Shown in pieces: positions 1 through 14,131 of a DNA stretch of 64,000 bases; position 1 is the stretch's first letter; every line of letters starts with the position of its first letter. The DNA comes from Parasitella parasitica NRRL 2501 (Eukaryota; Fungi; Mucoromycota), in contig MU619290.1 of assembly GCA_025201805.1 (NCBI GenBank), positions 58,568 to 122,567 on the forward strand, in the 5' to 3' direction. The position numbers and the translations under genes were made by a program. The notes beneath the pieces are model-generated. The model ran no database searches, was not told the DNA's origin, and was given only the letters and a program-made list of their open reading frames with translations.

Positions 1-24
1 ATACACCTCTTTTCTTTGTTTATT

Positions 25-207
25 GAATACGCCATTTGGGGTTGGTAAAAGCGCTGATTGAGATGTGAAAATGCGCGATTTGGGTTAGTGAAAAAGCAAT
101 TTGGGTTACCAAGAAGCGCGAATTGGGCCTACAGATTTACGCCAATTGAGATTTTTATTTGCGCGAGCTAATTTTCAAAAGCGCAAATTGGCACCGGAGG
201 CACTGTA
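25..207. mobile_element. Terminus of a probable TA-target DNA transposon/MITE with ~22-bp periodic subterminal repeats (element continues left of the window)
   Basis: About 8 copies of a (A/G)CGC..ATTG(G/A)G-like motif near 29, 51, 73, 96, 116, 140, 161 and 181. The run ends GGAGGCACTG|TA (201-207), whose reverse complement TA|CAGTGCCTCC resembles the Tc1 TIR start at 53047. Confidence 0.5.
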
Positions 208-2202
208 TCCAGAATTATTATTTAAATAGACAACCTCCTCTTATCTATCAATACTTCCCTAGCAACCAAAGCAGCGATTTCTCTTTGCTTACGTCGCTTT
301 TCTGGCCATACAATACGCTGGTGGAGAGTGGTGACAAGCGTTTGAAATTGGTCAAACAGGATATTGTTGAGCAAAAGAACAGTAGTAAAAGAAAGAGCAA
401 AGAACAAGTAGACAAAGATGTGGTTACAAAAAAAAAAAAAAAAAAATTGTTAGTTATTTTATCTGGCAACTTAATAGTATTACTACTTTCTCCATTCATC
501 ATATAAAATTTTCCGCTATGCCCACTTCAAAACATAAATTAATGTACTTGTAAAAGGTATTAATAGGAAATGCAATTTTGATTTTGAATAAAATAGCATA
601 AAGGTTTCGTATCTCGTTAATCTTGGGTTTTTATCTTTTTTTTTTGTGTCCAACAAAGGCTATTTAAAATGATAAAAGATTTTACTGCTTAAAAAAAGCT
701 AAGTACTACTCATATTGAACTAATCTAGCTGGAACAAACATCAATGAATACTATCGTACCATGCTCAACATTTATTAAACTCATACGTTTTCCTAAAATA
801 ATCGTCGAACCGCGATCTAACTTAAAAAACTTAGCAGCAATATTGGTATCCATGTTTTCATCGATATCTATAAGTTATCAGATGATATCACAAATTTACA
901 TATCAGAATTTCATATAACCGATGATAGGCTTCGATATACAGCAAAATAAACACTGTCTTATGTGCCATAAGATCAGACATAGTCATCGCTATTTGAGCA
1001 TAACTTGATTTCTTTTGGGCGATGTCTCTATCAAAAGTTATCTGCAAAAAAACGTTTTTCATATGGGAATTTGAAAATAGATATCACGTGATATGTTTTT
1101 CTGTTTGAATTCGAAGTATTGTCTGTATCTATTGGCTTCTTCTGTAGATAAGATATTAGGAAACTAACAAGTAAGTAATAGCTTCTGTTGTGTTAGGTCT
1201 TGAAAATGAGCACGTAGTTGATTATATATGATAAAAGATATAAGAAAGTAAAAAAAGGCTTGATTTACCAAATGAAAAAGTTATTGATATTATTGATTGA
1301 TAAGCCTATACATATGTTAATAATCTAGGAATACAATCAGACCATATTGACATTTAATTGTAAAGCAAGTTTATAACGCGGTAATAGTCAGAGCAAGTCC
1401 TATCATCTCTTTTATATTATTTAATCAGTTAATCCTTATATGAATCATTAATAGACAAGTTTAGCTTCACAATTTAGAATAAGTAGAACCCAGATAGGTG
1501 TTTACTTATACAAGACATTCTATTAATTACTTGTATTTATTATATTATAGGATATTCGGTGATGAGCTTTTCGAACTTGTATTTCTTCACTTATAAATGA
1601 AGCTCCCAAACCTTCTAAAAAATATGTTGTATGCAAAGCCATTTAAGTGTTAACCTGTTTTTGTTGTGGAGTGAGGTTGACATTTTAGATGACAATGCAT
1701 ACAGTGATAATTCACCCCGAATATTTCATCTAAAGTATTATTTAAATTTCATAGACATACACAATAGCGAAAGCTTGATAATTGTGTGATGCGAACTACT
1801 CATCATAATGAGGCTGCATGAACATTATGACCTAAGAAGGCGCTTCATTTGAGCAAGCAATGTTTCTCTCGAGAGTAATCTACAAACTTGTTGTTGTTTA
1901 GAGACCATGAAAGTTTATTAATGAGTACGGATAACTTAATCTCAACATAATTAACATTATTTTACCGTGTGATAAAATATTTACATGTGTCCTGCTTCGA
2001 AATCTTGAAGTAACTTGGCCTGGAGTGCTGGGTTATCGATCCATAAATGCTGATGATATGGCATCAAGAAGCAAACAGTCCTTGGTGGCTTTTTTTTTCT
2101 TGCAAACCCACTTGCCTTACACTCTAAAAAAAGTCTGCCTGTCAAATTTTTTCCTCTCTCTCTTCAACCTTTGTTCTTTTTAACCATAAAAAAATACAAA
2201 CA

Positions 2203-3839
2203 ATGGCCGATAAATCAGTTATTAAGCCTACTGCTTCTGCTCCTGCCATCGACACTTCTAGCTGGCCTCTTCTTTTAAAGGTAGTTCAACATGAAAAATC
2301 TTAGACCGCTGAAATGCATATATTAAGTCGTTATATAATAGAATTACGACCAGTTAAATGTTCGTACTGGTCATTACACTCCTATTCCCAGTGGTTGTTC
2401 TCCCTTGAAGCGTCCTCTTGATGACTACGTTCGTTATGGTGTTATCAATCTTGATAAGGTGAGTGGGTTGGATAAGCCTAACTTTTCATGTGGCTCATAT
2501 TTTCAACTAGCCTGCCAACCCTTCTTCTCATGAAGTTGTTGCGTGGATCAAGCGTATTCTTCGTGTCGAAAAGACTGGCCACTCTGGTACTCTTGATCCC
2601 AAGGTTACTGGTGGGTTAATTGTTTGTGTTGATAGAGCCACTCGTTTGGTCAAGTCCCAACAAGGTGCTGGTAAAGAGTATGTCTGTATCCTCCGTCTCC
2701 ACGATGCCATTGATGGTGAAAAGAAGTTGGCTCAAGTAACGTATAAATTTTTTAAGTAGATAAGTCATCGTATATACTAATGATCTATTAGGCCATCGAA
2801 ACATTAACTGGTGCTCTTTTCCAACGTCCCCCTCTTATTTCCGCTGTTAAGCGTCAGTTGCGTGTGCGTACTATCCACGAAAGTAAGCTGCTGGAGTTCG
2901 ATAACGACCGCCATCTTGCCGTCTTTTGGGCTTCTTGCGAAGCCGGTACTTACATGCGTACTCTTTGTGTTCACTTGGGTCTTTTGCTCGGTGTTGGTGG
3001 TCATATGCAGGAACTTCGTCGTGTTCGCTCCGGTACCACATCCGAAAATGTAAGTTGAAACTAAATGCAAACTGTCAGATCAGAGAATTCATGTCAAACA
3101 GGATGATATTGTTACTATGCACGATGTTTTGGATGCCCAGTGGTTATATGACAACACCAAGGATGAGACCTATCTCCGTCGTGTTGTCCGTCCTTTGGAA
3201 TCTCTTTTGACAAACTACAAGCGTGTTGTGGTCAAGGATAGCGCTGTCAATGCTATTTGCTATGGCGCCAAGCTTATGCTTCCTGGTCTTTTGCGTTTTG
3301 AAAGCGGCATTGAGATCAACGATGAAATTGTTTTGATGACTACCAAGGGTGAGGCAATTGCTCTTGCCTACGCACAAATGACCACTGCTGTTATGGCTAC
3401 TTGTGATCATGGTGTCGTTGCTAAGGTTAAACGTGTTATTATGGAGCGTGATACATATCCTCGTAGATGGGGTATGGGTCCCGTCGCTCTTGCCAAGAAG
3501 AAACTCAAGACCGAGGGTAAGCTTGACAAGTATGGTCGTATCACTGATGAGACACCGGCTGTTTGGAAATCTGCTTATGTCGATTATGCCAATAATGCCG
3601 ATGGTAAGCAACCTGAACCCGTTTTCGGTACTAGCTCAGAATCCATCGTTGCTGCCGCTGGTATGGCACCCAAGATAACAGTTCTTGATGTTGCTGCTAA
3701 GGACAATGCTCCTGCCAAACGTATCCGTGAAGAAGATGCCAGTGAAGAGAATGAATCCAAGAAGTCAAAGAAGGAGAAGAAGGAAAAGAAGGATAAAAAA
3801 GAAAAGAAGGAGAAGAAGGAGAAGAAGAGCAAGGCTTAA
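2203..3839 (+). CDS. CBF5: H/ACA snoRNP pseudouridine synthase (dyskerin/Cbf5), 5 exons
   Basis: Spliced WPLLLK|NYD, DK|[49 protein letters not shown] domain and KKE-rich tail. GT-AG introns start near 2281, 2459, 2736 and 3049. Confidence 0.97.
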
Positions 3840-4199
3840 AGCACATGAAAATATATAATTTAATGTATGCCAATATCCTATTTCATCTTCTTCATACATT
3901 ACTGCCTGGATAATAACAAACCAAATCCTGACAAATCCACAATTCACTCTCGCACGTACGTTCACACAAAATCACAAACATGGATACATCTATACAAGTT
4001 ACACTTTGTAAATAAATTTATATTATTAAAAAGTAGGTCTTTACCCAATAAAAGAATCAACAATAGTGAAACACAATTATTAAAAATCCCTGCATGGCAC
4101 TATAATTTTTTTACATTAAATTGAGAGGAGATTAACATTAAAAAAGGGAATTTTCGACAAATCCCTTTTCCTCTTTTCTTTTATCCTTTCTTGCAAAAA

Positions 4200-6959
4200 A
4201 TGCTGCGAATTATAAGGGATGTTTGGGGCTACATTGAATGGTTTTACCGTAATAAAATACATTTTTTACAGCTCCATTACCTGTATATTCTACTGCTTGC
4301 ATTTTTAGGATCAGCATTTTTTTATTTTCAACCTGGTGCGACATGGAATTACATTGATGCTTTATTTATGGCGATGAGTGCAGTAACAAATACTGGATTA
4401 AACACTGTGAACATGTCAAGTCTGTCTACTTGGCAGATATTAGTTGTATATTTTGGCTCCTTTTTCGGCTCTCATGTCATGATTTCAATCATCATTGTCT
4501 ATGTGAGACGCCATTATTTCTCAAAACGATTCGAAGATGTCTTGGTTTTCAACAAAGCCCAGCGTCTAAGAGAGGCAAACCGCAGGAAATTCGAAAAGAA
4601 CATCAATGACCTGGAAAAGCAGCGTAGGAAAAGCACTGGTGAGTCGCTGACAGACGACAAGTCAATAAGAAGAAGGCTGTCGTTCATCTCTGCAAGATCG
4701 AATATCAAAGACCAAGATATGATGCCTTACCCTGCTACAGCTAGACAAAAAAAGAATCGCTCCAGTGCACCAAGACCATTATCGGTGAGCATCAGTCATT
4801 TTGATTTGATGGCACATTTCAAAAAAAAGCATGCTCAATTTATCGAGAACGACCATCCTAATTTAGACGACAGTGCCTCTGAGACTCTAAGCGAAAGTGA
4901 TGCGTATGATAATGTTCATCCTCGCGATGCGCATATAAAGACTATACCCCATGAAGCTGATATCACAGACGATGGCATTAGCATGTCAACTCTCCACAAC
5001 TACGCTGATGAAGGGACAGTTCCTATTCGGGCCAATTCCGATGCATATGCCCATACCCAACCCCTTGATAACACGTCTGCTCCAACGTCAAGCCATAATC
5101 TCAACCTAAATAACAATAATAACCAAAGCATACTTTTCGTCGATGATAATAATACTAATAATCAAAACCCAACTGACACCTCAAGCATGGAAAACAGAGA
5201 TGACCAGAACAACACGGTATCCGGAAATCAAGGGATTGCGTTCGCGGAGAATATAGAGCGCCAAAGAGAGGTTGCTCGCAGAAGGCTTGAACAGGATCGA
5301 CAATTTGAAGATATCCTGCAAAGAATTGCCGGTGATACAGCAGACTCTACGCTGGCTCATTATGACAATCTATCAACGACCGACCAAGACATTTTGATGG
5401 ATATTGAAAGTGAAGACGAAGAGATGAAACGCATTATGAGGGAACCCATCCACAAGAGCGAACTCACTAGGCAGCAAAGGTACCGTTTGGGTGGTGCAGA
5501 ATACCGTGCTATTGACTTTTTGACTATACTGGTGCCTGTATACTATCTATTCTGGGTTCTAGGCTTTGGATTTTTCATCAGGATCTATGTAGCTACATCT
5601 GCATATGCTCAAGGTGTATTGGAAACTACTAACAAGGCTGGACCAATTGATACGTGGCTGTATTCATTTTTTTCGAGTCTATCATCGTTCAATAATCTTG
5701 GCTTATCACTGGTTGATGCAAGCATGGTTCCTTTTCAATCAGCACCTTGTATGCTGATTCTTAGTATGATTCTTATTTTGGCCGGAAATACGGCATATGC
5801 AATAATTTTACGATTGATTATATGGTTCTTGTACAAAATCACACCAAAAACCTACATTATGCGCAGAGAGACATTCCGCTATCTGCTGGATCACCCTCGT
5901 AGATGTTACACGACATTGTTTCCAGCTACTCAGACTAAATGGCTATTGATTGTGTTGATTGGAATCACAATTGTTGAATTTATTTCGTTCATTGCTTTGA
6001 ATTACTGGTTGCCTGTGTTGAGCAATCTCGACTGGGGAGCTAGAATTATGGATGGTTTGTTTCAGTCTGTGGCTACAAGAAACGGTAGGTTTACGCAACA
6101 GTCTATTTTGTAATGACTAAACTTGTGTTTCCTATCCAGCTGGATACAGTGTCGTTGACTTGATGGCATTAAACCCGGGAACTCAAATTGTATTCATTGT
6201 TGCCATGTACATCAGTGTTTATCCAGTCGCAATCTCTATGAGAAACAGTAATGTCTATCAGGTTTGTACCTTTATTTCTAAATTGGACGATGTCAGAATT
6301 AACACGAGAATTAGGAAAGAGCTCTAGGCATCTATAGTGGACAGGACGATGATGACGGCGACTATGAAAATTCAAGTGCACCGACCTTTGTACATCGTTT
6401 GAAAAGACAACCTACATTAACTAGCATAATGACCACTTCTCGAAAAGTCCTGAGAAAGCCGGATTTCTTTGTAATGACTCAAATCCAACGTCAGCTAACC
6501 AGCGAAATTTGTTGGGTGATTTGCTGTATATTTGCCATATGCGTTATTGAATCAGAGTCAATTCTTTCACCGTCGCCCATCACCATGTCAACTGTGATCT
6601 ACGAATGTGTTTCTGCTTTTGGCAATGTTGGTGCATCAACTGGTTATCCGAACACAACTGCTTCTCAAGCACAACAGTATCACACTCTGAGCAAATTGGT
6701 GCTAATTATACTGATGTACAGAGGCAGACATAGAGGTAGACATAAATATGATTGTATATATAACACACGAATATAATTGCTAAAAATTTCATCAATAGGC
6801 TTGCCTGCTGCCATTGATAGAGCTGTATTGTTACCTTCCGAACAATTGGAACAAAAAGAACAAGAAGACCATCTTCTTCGACGAAGACATACATCAATTT
6901 CAGTTGCTGAAGGTGGCGGCGACCCTGTCATGTTTTATAATCGATCTAGAACCTTATAA
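4200..6959 (+). CDS. TRK1: Trk-family potassium transporter
   Basis: Four pore motifs (TNTGLN, SSFNNLGL, ATRNAG, SAFGNVGAS), LGGAEYRA, LDHPRRCYT and RGRHRGLP, a long hydrophilic loop, and 3 introns in the 3' part. Confidence 0.93.
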
Positions 6960-8162
6960 TGTTATCATTTATTTTGTATAAATTTAAAATACCCGCTTTT
7001 CCCTCAGCTAACAGTAAATGGTACATTTTGGAAGTATGTAACTGTCTTGTTTACGACGATTCCCACTTTAAAAAGAATTTGGGCATACTGTTTTTTTATA
7101 TTATTTGTGGTACTTCACGATGCTCAATTCTCTAATAAATTATTCTTTTATAAGGCATTTCGCATCTGGTAGGTAAATACAGTGACAACTTGCAGTATGT
7201 TTTTGCAGGATATATCGTCAATTATGACATATTCAAAGAGGATTTGATTGTGCGTTTAATGATGCGTACATGTTTTTGTAATCACATATTTCTCGACTAA
7301 AAATATATACTTTGGAACAGCATTAACAATTTTCAACTAATATATGCCTAATCAGGCATGTTCATTTCCGAGGCCACTTTGGTCGCTATTTACTTGCAGG
7401 GGAAATTGACTTGAAAAAAGAATCCAATGTGTTGTAAACAAGTAAGAGCGTTCTTATGATTTAGATAAATATCCATTGACAAACTTTTCTGTTTCAAGTA
7501 TCATTCATCAATTGCAACATGCCAGGAAACAACAAATAGCAAAAGAATGCTTTTTATCTCTAGGAGAAAAGTTGAGATATTCACACTTAACAAACAAAGC
7601 TAACACAAGATCCCGGATATCCAAGTCCTTGATGGCTAGATGAACCATGCGAGTACGTTTATGTTATCTGTCAAAAATAAAAAAAATAAAAACCCAGAAT
7701 TATGAAGACCAATTGGTTTTGGATACCATTTATTTAGTTCTTGCTTGAGGGATGTTCCAGAGAGCCTCTTTGGAAATCAAAGTAAAAAAATGATCTGGAG
7801 CAGACGTCCAAAGTTATACGGTATATGATTTAACCAAGTGGACACATTTTCTACTATCCCTCCTTTTTGAAAATCATACAATTCGCTAAGATATATTGTC
7901 TTTTTTGATAGTGAAAAAGGGCCCATGTCATTTTTAATGAGGCACACTTTAGGAAATGCATGAAATCTAACAAAATTGATTAAAATGGGGTCTTGATCAC
8001 TAAACAGCTATACGGTATACTCTGTGCCAATGTGACTGGAACTAGAATGATAGGATTTTATAGCTGCAAATGTGGTTAACCAAATGATTGCGGGACCTAA
8101 CCTCCTTCATTGGTATTTTTTTACCTTTTTCTCTTTCATCTCTTTTTCTTTACCATCTTCGA

Positions 8163-11071
8163 ATGAATAGCGAATTTTATATCAAGATAAAACACCCAGA
8201 GCAAGCTGAAGTCCGAATCATTAGTTTAAAGGTTAATGTTGATAGAGACCCAGCCATCTATGAACGTCTAAAATCCGATGTATGTATAGGAAATGATTAC
8301 ATTAACAAGTCAAGAAAAGACTAAATGCAATCCATGATGTAGACCAGAAGATTTTTCCAATTGAGCAATGACTACGATTTCTACTTTAATCTTACAGACA
8401 AGGATGGTGATATAATTGCAATTACGGAGACTTTTCAACTTTTGAATTACCTGCTTGCAACAGATGTAGACGAAAGACTCAAATTGACCATTATTCCTGC
8501 GCAGAAGAATCAACAGAGTACTGAGCCATCTAATGATGCAAAAATAACTGATTTTTCTGATTCCCTCCAAACCATGATGAAACATTTAGAGCTTGGCATG
8601 AATCGCCTTCAAGCTACCGTTGAAAAAAATACAGCGTACACAGTGGATAATGTAGTCAAAGCAGCAGCCGAAACCGCAGCTCATGTATACCGATCCTTGC
8701 TACCTCAGCCAAGCCTTTCCGAGAAGCCTCAGTTTGATGTTATCTGTGATGGCTGCTATTCTCCTATACGAGGGTAAAGATATTTCTATTTATAATTGTG
8801 TATGCTTATCATTAACTACATCTTCAGTCAACGATACCACTGTGAAACATGTGATGACTTTGATTTATGCAGTATTTGTAAATGCCGTGTGAACCATGAT
8901 TCAACACATAATTTCCGATTGAAAGATAAATATGTCAACAATGCTGACTATAGCGCAAAAGAACTGGAGCAAGTTGTAGCTGAAAGTGTATGCCATCCTC
9001 AGCCTCCTCTGACTGTATTCGTGTGTGATTACTGTGATTCTGACATTGTGGGAATCCGGCACACATGCGGGGCATGCCCAGGTACCTACGTTAATTTGCT
9101 ATCTAACGCAGTGATTTCAGCTCTAATATTTTCCAACTAGATTTTGATTTATGCCATTCTTGCTTTTCTATCGTAAAAGAAAACCATCCTCAAGACCACA
9201 TCTTTGTTACCCGTCTTGTAGGAACACAAGCGCCAACTGACGAGAAAAGGACAAGACCATCACCAAATAATAAACAAACAAGAGCCAATTATACCTCCTC
9301 CACCTCAGCATCATCGCCGTCAGCTGACAATTCTATTCCCACCAGCGCTGTTCAGCATGTTGGCGTTGAATGTGATCACTGTGAGGCCAGCATTTCAGGT
9401 ATTCGATACAAGGTAACATCATCAAGACTTGATGTTTTTGCGATGCCATATACTAATCTCTCTGTAGTGTGGCCATTGTATAAATTACGACTTGTGTGAA
9501 ACTTGCGAGCAACAATCACTTTCGATCCATGATAAGTCGCATGCTTTCATAAAACTCAAATACCCCATTCAAAGTATCATCCAAAAGCCTCTACTGCCAA
9601 CTTTCAGAAAGCTGAACACCAGAAAAGAAATGATACATACTGTCCATGAAAAAAGCAAGAATTCTAGCCAAATCATCTCAAAGCCTGAAGAAATCACCAT
9701 TCTTCCTTCCAATTCTACGCCCCTTTCTGCTGCTAACTTTGCCGCCGTTTCCAAGGCATCTTCTTCGACATTACCATCCATGATGGAATCAAACCCCACT
9801 GCTGTTGTCGGTGCCTCATTTGTATCTGATTTGAATATCCCTGATGGAACCATCATTGTGCCAAGAAAAACATTTATCAAGGTCAGATCTTACGTTATCT
9901 CTTATATCAATGTATCCTTCGAACTAACATTTCGTACAATAGATGTGGAAGTTGAAGAATACGGGCAATGTAGATTGGCCATTAGGCTCGCATTTGTTGT
10001 TTAATGGTGGTTGTATCCTGAGGCCATATCCGATTTCTCGCCCTGATAGTTTTGCGGTACCCGTCATTTCGCCAGGTGAGGAAACCTGTGTCACGGCAGA
10101 GCTTCAAGCGCCTGATTCTCCAGGAGTGTATACTAGTTTCTTTTGTCTATGTACACCCGAAGGTGAGCGGTTTGGTGATAACATATGGTGCACTATAAAA
10201 GTGGATCAAGATCTTGAACCGGAAAAAGATCAGCCGAAATCTATATCTCCTGCTGCCACCATTATGATGAATTCTAGCGCTGAAATGATTTTTCCAACTA
10301 TATCTACCTCATCTTCTGTCCACAACCCACAACAGCAGCATTCTGAGGCTGAAAGCCTAGATGAATTTGCTCATATCAATTATAGCGAGGATTTCTATTC
10401 AGAGGCCACAACCAATGATAATGTATCGACTTTGGCATCAATCACCACACGAACTTACACAGATAGCCAAGTTAGTAGCCCTTCGCCCTCTGAACTGGAT
10501 ATTGGAGAAAGGGCAGAAAATATCTACTACAACTTTGATCCTGACGAACAACATGATAATAAAGAGGAAGAAGAAGGCAACGATGAATGTATCAACCATG
10601 CCTATCAGGTTGTTAGTCCCTCCCTTACTGCTACCCCAGTAAACTCCCAATCTGAAAATGTACAACAAGATGATGAGGTAGAATCCATATCAAAACTGAT
10701 TGAAAATTTTAAGGAAGATGATGACTTTGTTATTGTTGAAGAGGACAAAAACCACAGTAATGAGCAACAGTTTGCTGATCAAAGTGAAATGTCTTCTTCA
10801 GTCCACTCCACAAATACGGCAATTCCGCAACAGCAGCAACAACATCAACAGCATCATCGCCCCTCATTACATGATTCCTTCACATATCGATCCCAGATTT
10901 TGCAATTGCATGAAATGGTATGTCAAAATTCTATTTGTGATGTGGATTTGAGATTTAAAACTTTTATTTAAATAGGGATTCACTGGTTATGATGATCTGG
11001 CTACAAGCCTTTTGAAAATGCACGATGGCCATTTGGAAAAAGTAGTGTCGAAACTACTCGAATATCCTTAA
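8163..11071 (+). CDS. NBR1: NBR1-like selective autophagy receptor (PB1-like, 3x ZZ zinc finger, FW domain, LIR, UBA)
   Basis: Three ZZ motifs (CDGC..RYHCETCDDFDLC, CDYC..CGAC..FDLC, CDHC..RYKCGHC..YDLC), FW domain (FVSDLNIPDGT..FIK|MWKLKNTGNVDWP), DDDFVIV, and a C-terminal QLHEM|GF UBA. Confidence 0.85.
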
Positions 11072-11920
11072 CAAAAAGCTTTAAACCCTGTAACAAATAT
11101 CATATTAGTGCCATATGAATAAACTATGTATTATTTTTTACCTTTTTCTTTGTGTGAAATGGTAACCCACCAATAATTACATACATGTGCTGTATATACA
11201 CCTCACATTGCGAATTCATTCTATATTTTATCTTTTTTAAAGCTTTAGTGTATATATGCACTAGTATACTACCTTAAAATCCTTTATCGTATGTATGCTT
11301 TATGTAGAAACATCTCCGCTTTAGAATAGTCATAGGAAAAAGGCGCTATCTGTACATAACACCTTGTTTGACATAAACAGTAAGATACAGTACATCTAGT
11401 TGCAGCACCTCAGGCCTGTGCTTTTTTAAGGAGGCCATAAAGTTAGGAGATGTTCAAGCACCAGAAGTTTCAAAAAACTGACTCCTTAAGACAACCATAG
11501 TTTAACCTTTTTGGCACAAATCTTTTTAATTGCGACCGGTTCTTGTATACTTTGCTCATGTACACAATTCAAAATCATAGTATAATATGACTTTATCTGT
11601 TGTCACTCGTATATTCGGGACAACTGTATTATTAGATGCAAGAGCTTATTAAGTTAAAGCACATGCGTTACTACTATTTGCATGTAAATCGTCAAACCTG
11701 ATGTCACCGCATCATTTTGCCTTTATTTAATAGTTTTGCATGCTTTTAAACTTGTTAATTGAACGGATCAGCATGTAAACAGATCTCTTGAGATGTATAA
11801 TGTTACATTTCTTCCGCCATGGATCGTAGACTTTATTTTTGAGCGATAAGTAAGGATAAAATATATATAGATGGATAAAATATTAAAGAACACGAACAAA
11901 ATCAAGGAGAATCCAATTTG

Positions 11921-14131
11921 TTAAACTGATTTCTTAGAGTCAGGAGATGATGATTCTATTTGGTATTCGCGAGGAATATCTTCGCTATGCTCCAAAGCCT
12001 TTTTGGCCATGAAACCCATGAACCGGTTACCATATACCTTTGGCTTCACAGCAGATATTTCATACTTGTCTTGTGTCATGGATTTGAAGAAATGCTCAGA
12101 CTTTTTCTTGAGATCATAAGGAGTCAAAATATCAATGATGCCCAAAAAGTAAAGAGAAGGCGCTGCCCTGTTATTCTCATCAGTTGCTTGAAAACCACCG
12201 TCATCCGAGTAAAATGCGCAGTTACGACGTCTATAGAAATGTCAGACCTATGTGTAGTATGGATACTTGAGAAACTTACTCGTCAAAAGGCGTATCCGGT
12301 AATTCAGAGGCATTTAAACGATCAGGATTTGCTTCCATAATAACCTTGCGATATAGCATTGCTTTACTCTCCCGGCGGTTCATCATAGATGCACGGCGCT
12401 CTGCTAATTTAGTATTTGGCTGTGTGTTGAAGGAAAAGCATTAGGTATAAGTTCTCAAAAAGGCACTGTTGCATGCTAGTAAACAATTCTCTATACCTGG
12501 AATGTCTGTAGTGTAGAATTGCGAACATTATCCTTGTTACCACGAATGATATCATGAACGCCAATCATTAAACTGTAATCCATGATATTCATACGCACCA
12601 ATAGCTTGACGTCTCGCAATAATTGAGTGATGAAAAGCTTGCGTTTGTGAGGACCTAGCTGTAACTTATTGGCTCGTTTCTCCCAATTCAAGTCTTTCAT
12701 TACAGCATAAGGGTTCTTGCGAATCTCTTCTTCTGGTAGAAAACGACCGATAGTCGAGCCCTATCAACATGAATACGATCACAACAGATCAGTCACCTCG
12801 GTATATTCATTATAATAGATTTTGCTTTACCTTGAGGTCATAAGTTTCGTGGATATCTTTGTTGGGTGGTAATACATTTCCCATGACGACAAAATGGATC
12901 TTACGGCCATGGGGTAACTTGACTCTGTGAAGGCCATAGTAACGACAAAGTAGGGTATCTGGATTTGAAGAAACATGATCATAATACTCTTTAAGGATCT
13001 TTCTCATGAATTTGTGTTCAGTATGATGAATGGTCTTGATGATAAAACGATAGTCTCTAGAGTAATAAAAGAAGCTGCCACTTTTACCGGCAGAAGCTAG
13101 TTCAGACAGGATGTATTTGCTCGTCAATGAAATCTAAGATTAAACAGCACTTGTCAGTAAATTTTAATCAAGACAGATGATCCATCTTCTTTTACCAGAT
13201 AATCTGCAGGGTCAATACCGAATCTTTCGCGCAGAGCACGGAAAACCCAAGGCGCATAGTCTTTAAACTTGAAATCGTACTTGGCTCCAGGTGTTAATTC
13301 ATCGCCCGTGCTATAAATAGGTTAAAAACCACAAAAAAAAAAAAATAGAAAAGGCAAATCTTGAATATCTTCTTACACATCAAAAGCAAGTTTATGAGCA
13401 GCCGAAAAGTCTTGTTCTACCAAAGGTCGGTCTATCTTTGCCGAGACTCGCCCGACAGCGATACGGATACCAGTCAACATGTTGTACATTAAAATGTAAT
13501 TATGATGGCCCTCAGATATACGGGTGCCCATCAATACTCGATCCTCATCGTCTTCCAGAGGCTTACGACGAGATAATCGACGGAATGCTTTTTGTCTGGC
13601 AGACAATTCTTTGGCGAAATCGTCAGTTACAGTTTCTGTGGCAATAGCTGCAGTTGTGTAATTTCTACTGAGACGATTCTTTTGCTTTGTTTGGGCATTC
13701 TTCTTGAACGATGAGGCAGGTGCTAGATTAAAGCTGGTTGAATATCTCTTTGGAACGGCGGGCATTTCGCTATCCGAGTCAGGTGTTGGATCTGTTTCTA
13801 TGCTCTGGCCTAGAGATAGTTGAGATCGAAGAAGACTATTCTGTGTAATAGATTGTTGTGTATTATCGTCGTTAAATGTATAGTCATTAGTAGTTGTAGC
13901 AGTAGTAGTTGTAGTAGTTGTATTGGGGTATTCATGAATAGAAGGGCTATTAGCAGTAGACACTGAAGTGTTGTTTGTAAGTACTGAACGTGGTTTCTCG
14001 TTGGAGGCTGGAACGAGTGACATGATGCTATGAGAGTGTTGCTGATGCTCTACACGAAAATCGTCAGGCTTGTTACTGAAATAGTCGTTTTGATTCTGTA
14101 GAGATGTCTGTTGGTGGGCTGCCAGAGCCAT
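11921..14131 (-). CDS. MSS4: Phosphatidylinositol-4-phosphate 5-kinase, multi-exon
   Basis: [48 protein letters not shown]|GST, IMDYSL and GIIDILTPY motifs. Confidence 0.95.

Noticed and set aside
80-110. TTGGGTTA motifs as telomeric repeats, or the 25-207 array as CRISPR
   Set aside because: Not tandem telomeric units. The repeats are degenerate with ~22-bp period, there are no cas genes, and the DNA is eukaryotic.
159-1062. Short ORFs in the first kilobase
   Set aside because: Low complexity, driven by an A-run, with no recognisable motifs.
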